Source of the DNA: Prasinococcaceae sp. CCMP 1430
Taxonomy: Eukaryota; Plantae; Prasinodermophyta
Assembly: GCA_013416795.1 (NCBI GenBank)
Contig: RQSC01000030.1
Coordinates: 185,965-249,964, forward strand
Length of the DNA: 64,000 bases
Reading direction: 5' to 3'
Shown: positions 9,386-21,104 of the stretch, in pieces
Numbering within the stretch: position 1 is the stretch's first letter
How the letters are laid out: every line of letters starts with the position of its first letter
Program-made: the position numbers and the translations under genes
The notes under the pieces: generated by a model
Seen by the model: only the letters and a program-made list of their open reading frames with translations
Told to the model about the DNA's origin: nothing
Databases searched by the model: none

Positions 9386-10491
9386 TCACAAGTACTTCTC
9401 GACGGTGGAGGTGAGCGTCGACTTGGGCACGGCGCCGATGACGGTGTCCATCTTCTCCCCGCCCTTGAAGATCATGACCGTCGGAATGCTGCGGATGCCG
9501 TACTCGGTGGCGACCGACGGCGACTCGTCTGTGTTGAGCTTGACAGCCTTCAGCTTCCCCTCATACTCGCGCGAGAGCTCGTCGATCAGCGGCGCGATCA
9601 TGCGGCACGGGCCGCACCACGGCGCCCAGAAGTCCACCAGCACGGGCACGGGGCTCTTCAGCACCTCCTCCTCGAAGTTCGCGTCCGTCACCACCATCGC
9701 TGTGCGAGCGACGCCGGGGACAAGCGCGTGGGCGCGCCGGTGGGGTGGGCGGGTGGGGCGGGAGGGGCGCCCGCGCGGCGTCGCAAAGGTCAGCCGCTTG
9801 CGCACCACACACACACACACACACACAAACGGCGCGCGGGCGGGCGGGCGGGCGGGCGTCGCATCCGCTTTGATGGCGTTTCCCCATCCGCGCGAGCCGC
9901 TCGCGCCCTCTCCGCCCGCCCCCCCCCGAACCCCCCACCCCACCCCGCGGACACCCCGCGGACACCCCTACGCCCATCTCCGCAGCCGCGGCGTCGGCGC
10001 CAGGCACAGCCATCGCACCCACCCACCTATCCCCCCTAGCCACAGGCGCATCCTGGCCCCCGACCAGCTCGCGCTCGCGCGTGCACGTGGCAACGGCGCG
10101 CGCGCACGTACCTTTGGCAGAAAGTACACCCGCCCGGAGTACGTCCGTAGCCTGAGGATGCGCCAGAGGCCGTACAGCGTCAGCCTGACGCCGCCCATCC
10201 AGCGCAGCGTCTCCGACTCGATGTCGACGTCCGAGATGAGGCCCCACGTGGAGCTGAGCACCGCACGCAGGGGCGGCCTCTGGCTCATCGCAGCGGCGGC
10301 GGCAGCAGCCTGCTGCCTGCGGCCCTGCGAAACCAGCATGAGGTCGGCCGGCACGGTGTGGCCGCGCGCAAGCGCGAACGCAGCGTTGGTTGGCGTGCAG
10401 CCGACGCCCGCGCCATCGAGCAGGCTCATTGCGACGGCGTTGCCCGANCGGCGACGCGCGAGGCCGCGGAGAGGCAACGGGTCGTCGCCAT
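9386..10491 (-). CDS. TRXM: Chloroplast thioredoxin m; main exon 9386-9699, probable transit-peptide start at 10491 interrupted at N 10448
   Basis: [30 protein letters not shown]...[16 protein letters not shown]...GAVPKSTL...EKYL*. Acceptor cacAG at 9700-9702. [14 protein letters not shown] at 10491-10449 resembles a transit peptide. Confidence 0.93.
10112..10447 (-). CDS. Sphingosine kinase (DAGK-family) internal exon fragment embedded in the TRX-m locus
   Basis: SGNAVAMSL...[47 protein letters not shown] with GT donor at 10111. It begins at the single N at 10448. Confidence 0.8.
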
Positions 10492-10796
10492 GACTGCGGC
10501 GGGAGAGGGGGGGGGGGGAAGGGCTGGCGAGGCGGGCGTCGGCCTGCCGCGTGAGCGCGCTGTGCCGCCCGGCCCCACACCCGCGCCCCAGCCCGCACGC
10601 GCGGCGCAAGGCAAAAAAAACACACATTCACTTTCAATTCTGTAACCCGCATTACAATAATATGAAACAAATCAGATATTACGGTATCACCACATTTCAC
10701 AAATCCTTCCCGCGCGGAACGCCCCGGCCGGCCCCGCGCAAAAAAAACTTTTTGATTTTGATTTTGATTTTGATTTTCTTTTTCTCTGTCGACGCG

Positions 10797-10867
10797 CACA
10801 CACGCAGTCACACACACACGCACATGCAGTCACACACACACACACACACACACACACATTCACACTA

Positions 10868-10930
<63 letters not shown>

Positions 10931-10962
10931 CACACACACACTGAATATCACACACACACGCA
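10797..10962. repeat. Interrupted (CA)n microsatellite, preceded by (GATTTT)n at about 10750-10778
   Basis: Direct reading; interruptions include GCAGT and CTGAATAT (10941-10948). Confidence 0.95.
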
Positions 10963-11815
10963 CGCGCGCGCGCGCGCGGGCGCGCGCGCGCGCTGAGTCA
11001 GCGCAAGCCGCGGCCGGCCCGTCCGAAAGCGCGCGCGGTCCCGCGGGATCGACCGCGGATCGAACTTGAGGTTCGCGCCGCCTTCCGCCCGAATGGTACG
11101 TCAAATGAATGCATTTAATAAGGGTTATGCCTTTGGTAGGGTTCGTAATGTGAGGCGGTCGCCTAACGCAGGCGCGCGCCGAAATGCGGCGGCGGAAAGC
11201 GGCGAAAAGATCCGCGGGTTTTCCGGCGCGCCCCGCCGGCGAGCGAGCCCGGCCGGGGCGCCCCGGCGCGGCACAGACCGGAGATATCATAGGGAAAGCG
11301 CCGCGCGACGCGCGCGAAGGGCGGGCGCCCTTCGACGCCGCTTGTACGGGGAACAGATCCGGGCACGCGCGTTCGGAGACGCTGATGACTGCGACCCGGC
11401 CGGCCGGCCTCGCTCAAGAAGCGACGTTTTCCCCCGAATCCAAATTTCTTCCGTCGATTATGTGAGCACTCGTACGTACTACAAAAAGAGCGGTGATGAA
11501 AATAATTGTGAAATATGAAAGCATGTGCATTTACACCATCGATGCAGCGGCGGGCCTCCCGGAATTCGGGGAGAGGCGGCACTTAGCCCTAACGCAGAGA
11601 AGAAAATATATCAAAAAACAGACCACGCAAAACATCCGGAGTGAGTTTCGGAAGGGGATTGAATCCTTCATAAGATATGAATGAATTGTGCGAGAACTAC
11701 GGGAAAGGTTTTGGGAGTAGAAGGCGTTTATTTGTATTTTTTTTTTGCGGGGGTCGCGGGGGCGGGCGCCCGCGCGCGCGCCACACTGCGCACGCCGCCG
11801 CCCGCCGCCGCCGCC

Positions 11816-12408
11816 ATGGACACCCCCATCAAGCTCGCGATCGTGATGAAGGTGATCGGCCGCACCGGCTCGCGCGGCCAGGTCACGCAGGTGCGCGTCA
11901 AGTTCCTCGACGACCAGAACCGCCTCATCATGCGCAACGTCAAGGGTGCGTCGAGCGCGGCGCGGCGCGGCGGCTGCGCGCGGCGGCGGCGGCTGCCCGN
12001 NNNNNNNNNNNNNNNNNNNNNNNNNNNNNNNNNNNNNNNNNNNNNNNNNNNNNNNNNNNNNCTTCCGGCCGACGGCGCACGCGAGAGGCGCCTGGAGGCG
12101 TGGCGTCACCGCCCGGCGCGAGCGCGCCGCGGCGCGCAGAGGCGCGGGGACGGGACACCGCCGCGCGCGCGGCGGCTCGCTGCATTGCGCGCGCGCGCGT
12201 TTCCCCCCCCCGTTTTTGGCCGCGACAGCGCGAAAAAAAGGGGGGTCTCTGCGCTGCGCTGCGCTGCGCCCACCGCCTAGGTTTGCGCCGCGGCTGCTGA
12301 CGCGCGCGCGTCCGCCGCCCTGCCCGACACGCCGCCGCCTTTCTCACCGCGCAGGGCGACATCCTTACGCTCATGGAGTCCGAGCGCGAGGCGCGCCGCC
12401 TGCGTTAA
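11816..12408 (+). CDS. RPS28: 40S ribosomal protein S28; exons 11816-11945 and 12355-12408, plus a short missing segment probably in gap 12000-12061
   Basis: [43 protein letters not shown]... and [19 protein letters not shown] at 11946; CAG acceptor ending 12354. Confidence 0.96.
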
Positions 12409-13104
12409 GCAGCGTGCGGTAATAATTGCTCGCGCGCGAGCAGTCACATTCGGCGGGACAGGCGAGCGGGTGCGGCGCGCGGCGGGCGGGCGGGCGGGCT
12501 TGATGGGATGGGGCGGCAGCGCTGTGCTCGCGCGCGTGCGTGTGACCGGGCGCGGGCACGAGGGGAGCTGTCGGGCGACGAGAGTGACCGCGGCGGTGGT
12601 GCTGCGACGTCGCTCCAAGCGCAGCGCCGGCGCGAGCTGGAGTCGTCGGCGCCGTCCCCGGAGCGCGCCCCGCCGTTCGCGCGCGCGGCAGCCGCTGGGT
12701 GCGGCGCGATCGGCGCGCGCTGCGCGGAGAGCGTCGCGCTCACCACAGCCGTGACACAGCAGCGCTCGGCGCCCCTCCGGCACCCTGCGCGGTCCGTTTT
12801 GCGCCGGGCGCCTCGCCAGGCGACGGTGCCTCCACGTGTGTGTTTGTTCAACGTCACAATGAATGTATTATGGGGCAGTGTGTGTACAGTATGTGTGTGT
12901 GTGCGCGCCCCGGCGAGTCCCCCTGGCGCGCGTGCGCGGCACCTTTGGTCGACCGAGCGCACCGCGTGCCGCCGGCCCTCCTCGCCGATGCCCGGTGCGC
13001 ACGGACGCCACTCGAGGCGCTCATGGCGTCCCACCATTGCCGGCGCCTTCGCGTCCGTGCGTCCATCTTGATTCTGCCTCGTGGAGAGCTCGAGTGGGGC
13101 CGCA

Positions 13105-15135
13105 TCACCACAGATCGAGCACGCATGTCGGCGAATGCAGCACGGTCGGGTGGCGCGCGCTGGCGGGTTTGCTGTGCAGCGCGAGGAAGAAGTCCTGCCG
13201 CGGCATCGCCTTGCCCCCCCCTGCGCCGCCCATCTGCGCGGCGAACTCCTCGGCCAGGTCGCGATCGACCTGCTCGACATGCGCCTTGAGGTCCTCGCGC
13301 AGCGTTTCCTCGGTGAGCTCGCCCGACTTGATTTTCTTGGCGATGGCCTGGAGCTCCTCCAGCCCGCCGTCGCCATCTCGCTCAGCGCTCGTGCGCTTCA
13401 GCCGGTTGGGGTCCGTCGCCATGTCCTCGAGCACGCCGAAGATTGCACGCGAGGCGTTGGGGATGTATTTGGTCATGTTCTTCTTCCGGTCCATCGCCGA
13501 CCTGTGCGCCTGCGCGCGCGCGATCTTCGTCTTCAACTGGTTGCCACAAATCTGCAGCGCCTTGTGGACCGCCGTGCGAATCTCCTCGATCTCGTCCGAA
13601 ATGTACTCCTTCGACGTGCCCTTGAACGGAATCTTGGTGCTCACGATGCTCACGAACACGCCGACCTTGTCCTGCTTCGCGTCGATCTTGTACGTGCTCC
13701 ACTTGAGCCTGTCGGCTGTGCGCTTGCACACGTCGCTGCCCGGCTCGAAAAGCAGCGGGATGCGGTTTGCGAAGCGGAACACGTTCAGCCCAGCCTTCAC
13801 ATCCTTGCCGCCGATGCTCACCGCCGCCTCCACGAGGAATGGGTGCCCCTCGTACGCCCCGGCCTCGACCCGCGCGGTCGCACACAGATCCGGCTTGAAC
13901 TCCTTGTGCACGCCGAGGTTGAGGTTGTACTCGCCGGCAGGGCTCAGGCAGTCGCCGTCGGGCGGCGGGAAGACGATGGTGTGGAAGAGCTGGTGAATGC
14001 GCACGATCTGCGAGTCGTCGAGGTCGGACACCACCGAGCCGGGATAGATGCCGTCTTCCTCCAGCTCCTCCATCAGCTTGCCCGCCAGGTGGCTATTGAT
14101 GGACGTGAAGTCCTTCATGAAGAACGCCTTCAGCTTCTTCGACTTGGTGCACTGCCCCATGAGCTTCTTCAGCAGCTCGAGGTCGACGTGCGAGGGATGG
14201 TGCTTCGTCTCCTCGGGCATCTGCGGCATCGAGTCCGTGCGGCGGCTGAAGAAGTGGTCCATGCACTTGTCCTCTGCCTTCGCATCGTAACGGAATCGGA
14301 ACTGGGCGTACGGCGTGATCACCGCCATCTGCTGCAGGTACTTGCCGATCTTGGACTTGTACATCGTGAAGTCGCCCTCGATGGTCACGCGCAGCTCGGC
14401 GCCGTGCCAGGGCGAGCCGTCGTCATTGAGGCGCCGCGGCTGCTTCTCGTGCTCGATGACGTCCGGTTTGTTCTTCTGCAAGTTGATGCCAAGCTTGCAG
14501 TAGCTGGTGAAGTCCGAGCCCTCCTGCGAGCTGAACACTTCGATCGGAAGGCCCGTGGACATCTTCGCCCAGATGAGCGCCATCTTGGCGCCGAGGCCGT
14601 ACTTGCCGCGCGCCTGTCGCACCGCGTACTTGGTGGACGACAGCACGATGCCAAACATGCGAGGAATTTCGTCGTGGGGCATGCCCATGCCGTTGTCGCG
14701 GACGGTCACTGTGTAGATGTTGCGCTGGGCCTTTGCCTTGGCTCTCTTCTCGGCCTTGGCCATGGCCTCGCGCTTCTTCGCCACGGCCTCCTCGCCGCCT
14801 TTCTTGCGCGCTTTCTCCAACTCCTTGGCCTCTTTGTCCTCGCGTTTGCGGCGCGCATCTGCACTCTCGTGGTCACGGTACAGGCTCTCATTGACACGCG
14901 CGCCCGTCCTTAGGCCCACCATGTCCTCGTACTCCTTCGTCGTCACCTCCGTGATGACGACGTCGATGTCCGGGAGGACCTCCATGCTCTCGGCAGAGTC
15001 CAGCCCGTTCTCGACGAGCTCGCGCATCGTCGTGAAGAGCGACTTGCCCGGGTTGTCGAATCCGGCGATGGTCTTCTGCTCCGCGAAGAACTCGGCGGGG
15101 CTCTTCTGCTGCGCGCTAGCCGCCTTTGGCGGCAT
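13105..15135 (-). CDS. TOP6B: DNA topoisomerase VI subunit B
   Basis: KSPAEFFAEQKTIAGFDNPGKSLFTTMRELVENGLD (GHKL N-box), DNGMG, GKYGLGAK, RFANRIPLL, STKIPFKGTSKEYI. Appears intronless. Confidence 0.96.
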   Translation of the reverse strand: MPPKAASAQQKSPAEFFAEQKTIAGFDNPGKSLFTTMRELVENGLDSAESMEVLPDIDVVITEVTTKEYEDMVGLRTGARVNESLYRDHESADARRKREDKEAKELEKARKKGGEEAVAKKREAMAKAEKRAKAKAQRNIYTVTVRDNGMGMPHDEIPRMFGIVLSSTKYAVRQARGKYGLGAKMALIWAKMSTGLPIEVFSSQEGSDFTSYCKLGINLQKNKPDVIEHEKQPRRLNDDGSPWHGAELRVTIEGDFTMYKSKIGKYLQQMAVITPYAQFRFRYDAKAEDKCMDHFFSRRTDSMPQMPEETKHHPSHVDLELLKKLMGQCTKSKKLKAFFMKDFTSINSHLAGKLMEELEEDGIYPGSVVSDLDDSQIVRIHQLFHTIVFPPPDGDCLSPAGEYNLNLGVHKEFKPDLCATARVEAGAYEGHPFLVEAAVSIGGKDVKAGLNVFRFANRIPLLFEPGSDVCKRTADRLKWSTYKIDAKQDKVGVFVSIVSTKIPFKGTSKEYISDEIEEIRTAVHKALQICGNQLKTKIARAQAHRSAMDRKKNMTKYIPNASRAIFGVLEDMATDPNRLKRTSAERDGDGGLEELQAIAKKIKSGELTEETLREDLKAHVEQVDRDLAEEFAAQMGGAGGGKAMPRQDFFLALHSKPASARHPTVLHSPTCVLDLW

Positions 15136-15629
15136 GGCCGCCGCCGCCGCCGCCGCCGCGCGGGCGCCACCACCCGCTGGACGACGCCCCGAGCCGAGCG
15201 CGCGGGGGGGGGGGGGAGGCCTCGCGCCTCGCGCCGCGCCTCGCTCGGCCTCGTACAAACTCCTAATCCCCCGCGCTGCGGAGACGAGAGAAGCGGGGGA
15301 GGACGGGGGAGGGGGAAAGGGGGGCAACGGCGCGCGCAACGCGCGCTGTGGCGTGGCCTCGCGCGCGCGCGCCTGCGCGCGCTCGAAAAACGCATGCGTT
15401 TTGACCTGCCTTCAAACGCGCAGCAAATCCAAATCCAGACGGCCCATATATACCACATGCGAAGGCGAAACATCGGAGGAAAATTGGTATCGGCGCGACG
15501 CCCGCGAAAAATTTTCGCGCGCGCGCGCGCGCCGCACACCGCGCGCGCCAGCCGCCCCCTCGTCACCTCCCCCACCCGACCCTCCCATCGGCCTGCGCCT
15601 GGGCCCGACCGCCGCCGGCAGCCATGACT

Positions 15630-16212
15630 ATGATCAAGGTGCGCTCTTACTCCCCGCACCCGTCCCCAGCACCCCGCTCCCCTCGCGGGCGCGGGGCACG
15701 GTCGCGGCGCTCGTGGTGCGCACGGGCGGGCGGGCGCGCGTGGAGTGGCGCTGGCGGGGCCGGCGGTGTGCGCGCTGCCGCTAGGAGAGGGAGGCGTGAG
15801 GTGTTGCTTGAGCGGACTGCCGTGCGCTCGCGTTGACACACGTCTGCGCGAACGGCCCGCCGCGCCTGTGTGCCCACATGCGTCGCGTCCGGGGATGGCG
15901 TTCGTGCCCTTATCGCGGCGCGCGGCGCCCTCCCTGCCGTGCACGCGCACCCGCTCGCGCTCGCGCGACGCCTTGCAGGTGAAGACGCTGACGGGCAAGG
16001 AGATTGAGATCGACATCGAGCCCACCGACACCATCGAGCGCATCAAGGAGCGCGTCGAGGAGAAGGAGGGCATTCCGCCCGTGCAGCAGCGCCTCATCTT
16101 CGCAGGCAAGCAGATGAATGATGAGAAAACGGCGAGGGAGTACAACATTGAGGGCGGATCCGTGCTACATCTGGTACTTGCGCTGCGCGGAGGCCTGGGG
16201 TGCTGCGTGTAG
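15630..16212 (+). CDS. RUB1: RUB1/NEDD8 ubiquitin-like modifier; exons 15630-15638 (alternative ATG 15624) and 15979-16212
   Basis: MIK|[72 protein letters not shown] followed by LGCCV*. Confidence 0.96.
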
Positions 16213-16528
16213 CCACTGGCTCCGACCACATTGGAGGCGGCATTGCGCCTCGCTCTCCCTGTGTGTGCGATTAGCTAGTGGGCGCGCACCACACGCCAGA
16301 GCTTGTCTTTCTATCCGAACTTCCCAACATGTACACAGCGAGTCGTGTGAGCACCGGGCACCGCCCGCTGCGGTGGCGCGGGTGCGGCCGCAGGGTGTTA
16401 GGGCGGGCAGTCGCGCGCGCGTATATTGTGGCGCGCGCGCTGTCGGCCGTGCTATCAATCTCGCAATATTACAGGGCGCGGGGGAGGGCCTCGGGGGCAT
16501 GGTGTGTGCCTGCACGGTCGGGCTTGCG

Positions 16529-18285
16529 TCACAGTCGGCACACGTAGCTGTTGCTCTGAGTGATGTACCTCACCCATCGGTACGGTTTGTAGTCCTTGCT
16601 GGTCTGCATGATCTGCAGGTATTTCACCGCGAGCTTGGAAACGTTGTACATTGGTATGGTGTAGTTCACCGAGACGGGCCCGATCTCGCGCCGCGTGGAC
16701 GAGGTCGCCGCCTGTGACATCGTGACGCGCACGTTGATGACGTGCTCCGAGCCGCCCGCGACCTTCTTGAGGTTCCACACCAGGCAGTGGTTCGCTTCCT
16801 CGAACTCCCACGTCTGTCCTGTGGCCTTCGGGCCGAGGTCGCACCCCGCACGCGTAGCCGCGCGCGGCAGCGGCACCGTCACCTTCACAGAGCTCGCCGA
16901 ATTCGCGCTCGGGAAGTCCGCCCGCATCTTCAAAGAGAAGTTGATGCCGAAGGCGCCAGGCTCGCGCTCCATGATCTGCGGGAAGAGCCTGAATGGCGGA
17001 CGAAAGTCCGACGTGGTGCGATATTTCATGACGTCGAACTCGCCGTCGGGTGGCACCATCTGTATGGTGCGGCTGCTGTCGAAGTCGTCCAGGCGCACGC
17101 ACTCGTGGAAGGAGCAGTCGTCGAGGATGGCACCCACGCCGCCGCCTGCGCTGCTGTAGCTACTGCCGAGGCCCGACTCTCCCTCCCGGTTGGCCACCAC
17201 GAGGTCCTCGTTGAGCGCGATGCGGATCTCCGGATTACCTCGCAGGTACGACTTCATCTGGATGACGCCGTCCACCTCGTTGGTGAGCACGTGGCCACTC
17301 GAGTTGAAGACGACGCTGAGCTTCTCGATGATATCGACGAAGATCTCATCGCGCGCGGTCGAGCTGCGCTCGTTCGCGAGCACCGAGCGGTTGATCGCAC
17401 TGCCGCCTATGCGCTTTGCCGCGGAGAAAATGGAGCCCCCGCGCTTTGAAGCTGTGCGCGCCTGCACGGGCGGGGCCATCTTCGCCGGCTCGTTGAAGAC
17501 GAAGGTCTTGAGCGCCTCCGTCGAGGTCGTCTGCGCATACCCGTAGTCGAGGAGCTCGTCCAGCAGCTCGTACACCAGCACGAAGTTTTGGCGCAGCGCT
17601 TCCTCGCTCAGCACGCCACAGTAGTCCTTGACGACGCGCGCAACGCGGTGCAGCAGCTCGATCGCCAGCGCGGGTGCGAGGTTGCGCTTGGAGGTGAGCA
17701 TGAAGAAGAGACCGCCGCTGCGAACGTGCACGTAGTGCACGCCGTCGACGGAGAAGATCGGTGGCGCGATCTCGCCGTCGTCGCCCCACGTCTTCACGCG
17801 CCTGAAAAACACGTCCGACGCGTTGCGCGGCACGTCATTGCGGTCTGGGTGCGGCGAGGTCCCGGACGCGGGCGTGCGAAGGATTTTCGCGCGCGACCGC
17901 GGGGGTGCGCCGCGGGCGAGCGCGAGAGCAGCGCGGGTCAGCGCGGCGCCGGCACATGCGCCTGCGGGCGTGGCAGGCAGAATGAGGGCGGAAGGCTTAT
18001 CATGCGGAGAGGCGAATGCTGGGACTTCGGAGAGCTTGCGTGCGCGCAACGGGCGGCGGTGGTGTGTGCGGGGAAGGGGATCTGTAGCGGCGTCGCTCGC
18101 GCCGCTGCTGCGCAGCGAGGGATGTCTGCTCCACTGGACCAGTGCGCCCGCCCGCGCCCCCGCAGCGGCGGCGTGCGCACGGGCGGCCGGGCGCCTCGGC
18201 AAACGCGCCACTCGCGCCACGTACAATCCCGCGAGACGATGACATCGCCGCGCAGGCTGATGATGCAGAAGGACGAGCACGCCAT
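16529..18285 (-). CDS. AP4M1: AP-4 adaptor complex mu subunit; exons 18225-18285 (alternative ATG 18297) and 16529-17844
   Basis: SSFCIISLRGDVIVSRD|YRNDVP...FFRRVKTW...PPIFSVDGVHY...NFVLVYELLDELLDYGYAQTTSTE...EIFVDIIEK...FVPPDGEF-like MVPPDGEF...YRWVRYITQSNSYVCRL*. Split Tyr codon T|AC. Minus TGTAA at 16469-16473. Confidence 0.93.
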
Positions 18286-19370
18286 CGCCGACGACATGGC
18301 GCCTGACGCCGTCCGCCGGCAACCCGCCGCGCGTCGCCGCGCCGCGCCGCAGGGGCCGGGCCGGGGCAGGGGGGGAAGGGGCCGGCGGGCCACGCGCGCG
18401 CCGTGTGGCACCCGCGCAGGCGCCCAGAATTTTTTTGTAAAAAAAAAGCCATCACCACGCACGCAAAAGCGCCTCCAGCCGAGGCAGAAATGCGCCCGAA
18501 AAATGGAAGTGGGGGAGGGGGGGACGCGTGCCATTTATTGAGGAGTTCGGGCTGTTGCGATTTTGATTTTGATTTTTGATTTTGATTTTGATTTTGATTT
18601 TTATTTGTGTCGGAAAATGCCCCGCGACTCGCCACGCGATGTGACCTCTTCTCCTTTTTTTTTTTTGCGCTCGCGCGGCGTCCCATTCATTTTGCGCTCC
18701 GTCGATTCGCGAGGACCTTGCATTCGTACCTGGTAATGCGTCAGAATTCGCGGAATTTCGGGGATTTTGGGGGTTCTGTTCTGTTGTTTTGGTGCGAGGG
18801 GCGCGCGGCTGCGCGGCCGCGGGCGCGCCAGTGAGCGCGCGGCGCCGGCNAGGCTGGCCCGCGCCGCGCGAGCTCCACCTTGCGCCCCGGCGCCTCGAGC
18901 GCCTCACGCAGCGCTGGCCAGCGCGCCCCTCCCCCGGCTCTTACGGGCCAGCTCTGGCTGTATGCGTGTCGATGCGGGCGCCGAAGTGCCAGCGTGCGCG
19001 CGCGTGCCACCGCACCCCACCCACCCCACTCGGTGTGTGTGCGCGGCCGTTGGGTGTGGACGGGCGCGCTTGCGCTTTTTAGGGCGCAGTGGGGTGCGGC
19101 GACCTGCCTTGCGGCGGCGGCGGCGGTGTGCCCACGAGCTCGGGTGCGCGACCATTGGCATCGCAAGCGATCCGATCGGTCCCGCAGCGCGCGATGCGCG
19201 AGGGCTGGGGTGGCCGCGCGCGCTCGATGCTCGTCGCCCGGCGCTCATGCGCTGACTGAGAGAGCGACTGCCTCGGGCCACCGATGCGCTCGCCGCCGCC
19301 GCTGCCGCTTTTGCCGCCGTTGCGCGCATTGCCTGTCTCCCCATCGCTCGCGCCGCCGCTCCCGCCGCAG

Positions 19371-20176
19371 CCTCGATGCGCCCGGACTACTTCGAGGGAT
19401 TCCGCTTCGACATGACCAAGCCTGTGAGCCCCAAGTTCATGCTGAGCCACTCGCTGTACATGGGCAACGAGGAGCATCTCACGCAGGGCAACCAGATTGT
19501 GAAGACGCCCGACTCGACGTACGAGTTCGGTGCCAACGTCATCGACCAGCGCATGCTCCTCATCGGGCGCATCATGTCGACCGGCCACCTCAGCGCGCGC
19601 GGCAAGTACGACATCACCGACAGGCTCGCGGCGAAGTTCCAGGCGCAGATCGCTTCTGAGGAGGGTGCGAGCCAGACGATGGTCGATGTGGACTACCGCG
19701 GGGGTGACTTCCAGACGCAGCTCAAGCTTGGGAACAACGCGTTCTACGGGTGGAACTATCTGCAGAGCGTGGGCCCGCGCACGAGCCTCGGCGGCGAGAT
19801 CTTCTGGCTGGGCCAGCAGCGCAAGAGCGGCGTGGGCCTGGCCGCTCGCCACGAGGCCGAGTCCGGCCACGTGACCACCTGCCAGGTGGCGACCACGCGG
19901 CTACTGTCGCTGTCGTACTGGCACAAGGTGAGCGAGAAGGTTTACCTGTCGGCCGACTTCATGTGGAACTGGGGGCAGGGGGAGGCGCAGGCCGCGATCG
20001 GGTACGACTACATGCTCAACACGGGGCGCGTGCGCGGCAAGGTGGACTCCAGCGGGGTCATGTCCATGTTCCTCGAGGAGCGCTTCACGCAGGGGCTTAA
20101 CCTGGTGCTGTCGGCGCAGGTGGACCACGCGAGGTCCAACCACAAGTTCGGCATCGGTCTCACCGTCGGCGAGTAG
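19371..20176 (+). CDS. TOM40: Mitochondrial import receptor subunit TOM40; 5' exon not visible
   Basis: MRPDYFEGFRFDMTKPVSPKFMLSHSLYMG...NYLQSVGPRTSLGGE...HKFGIGLTVGE*. Acceptor gcAG ending 19370; TGTAA at 20184-20188. Confidence 0.94.
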
Positions 20177-20343
20177 GCACGGGTGTAAACACTTTTCATT
20201 CTATGCCGTCCCACACCCGCGCGCCCTCGCGTGGATGGGCGCCGCCGCTCTCGCGCGCCGAGGCGCCCGTGCGTGCGGGTAGTGACGTGTCCAGGAGGGT
20301 ATACATACATTCAGATCAGAGGCTATGGTACAAGAGCCGCGGC

Positions 20344-20939
20344 TCACGTGTGCTCCATCTTGCGCTTCTTCTTCTTCTTCTTCTTGCTGCCATCACCGTC
20401 CCGGGAGCCGCCGCCGCCGCCATGGCCACCGCCCTTTCCGCCGCCCGTGTTGAGTGGCCTCTTGACGCCGCCCTTCTTCATCGGCTGCGCCGCCGCGATA
20501 GGCTCTGCCGCGGCAGGCGCAGGCACAGCTTCACGCGCGGCGGCCGTCGTGCCAGCGAACGCACGGCGCGCCCCATGGGCGCGCACGCCTGGGAGAGGAT
20601 CGCCCTCACGCTGCGTGCGCCCCGCAGATGTGCGAGGCGCGTACAGGCGACGCAAGTGAGGGTCGCAAGGGTGAGGTTCGTGCGTGTGATGGTGGTGCGC
20701 GCGTGTGTGTGGTGTGCGGTGGGGTGCGGTGGGTGGCGGGGTGTCAGCCCGTGCAGGTGCTCAGGTCGCCAATGGACACGCAGAAGGCCCCGCACGCGCT
20801 CGCGCCAACGCACCACAATACGCAGCCGCGCGTGCAGCTTCTTGCCGGGCACGCCAACGCGAGGCCGCGCCGTCGCTGCCGCTGAGTCGCACGGGCCGGA
20901 GGGCGCCGCGGGCGGTGCCTCGCGCTCCGCCGCCGCCGC
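20344..20939 (-). CDS. 3' exon(s) of a hypothetical basic protein with an NLS-like poly-Lys tail; upstream part in gap 20940-21028
   Basis: AVPAPAAAEPIAAAQPMKKGGVKRP...SKKKKKKKRKMEHT*. Possible upstream exon ...PGKKLHARLRIV followed by GTGCGT. Confidence 0.4.
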
Positions 20940-21104
20940 NNNNNNNNNNNNNNNNNNNNNNNNNNNNNNNNNNNNNNNNNNNNNNNNNNNNNNNNNNNNN
21001 NNNNNNNNNNNNNNNNNNNNNNNNNNNNCTCGGCCGCGCTCGCTCGCGCGAGGCCGCCACCGCCCCGCCAGCAGGCCGCTCGGCGCACGCCTCGCGGCCT
21101 CGAG

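Noticed and set aside
11491-11560. C/D snoRNA candidates (GTGATGA at about 11493 and at 25302)
   Set aside because: I found no properly spaced CTGA D box or terminal stem.
13105-15135. Archaeal-type topoisomerase VI B as a horizontal transfer
   Set aside because: TOP6B is a normal vertically inherited gene in plants and green algae.
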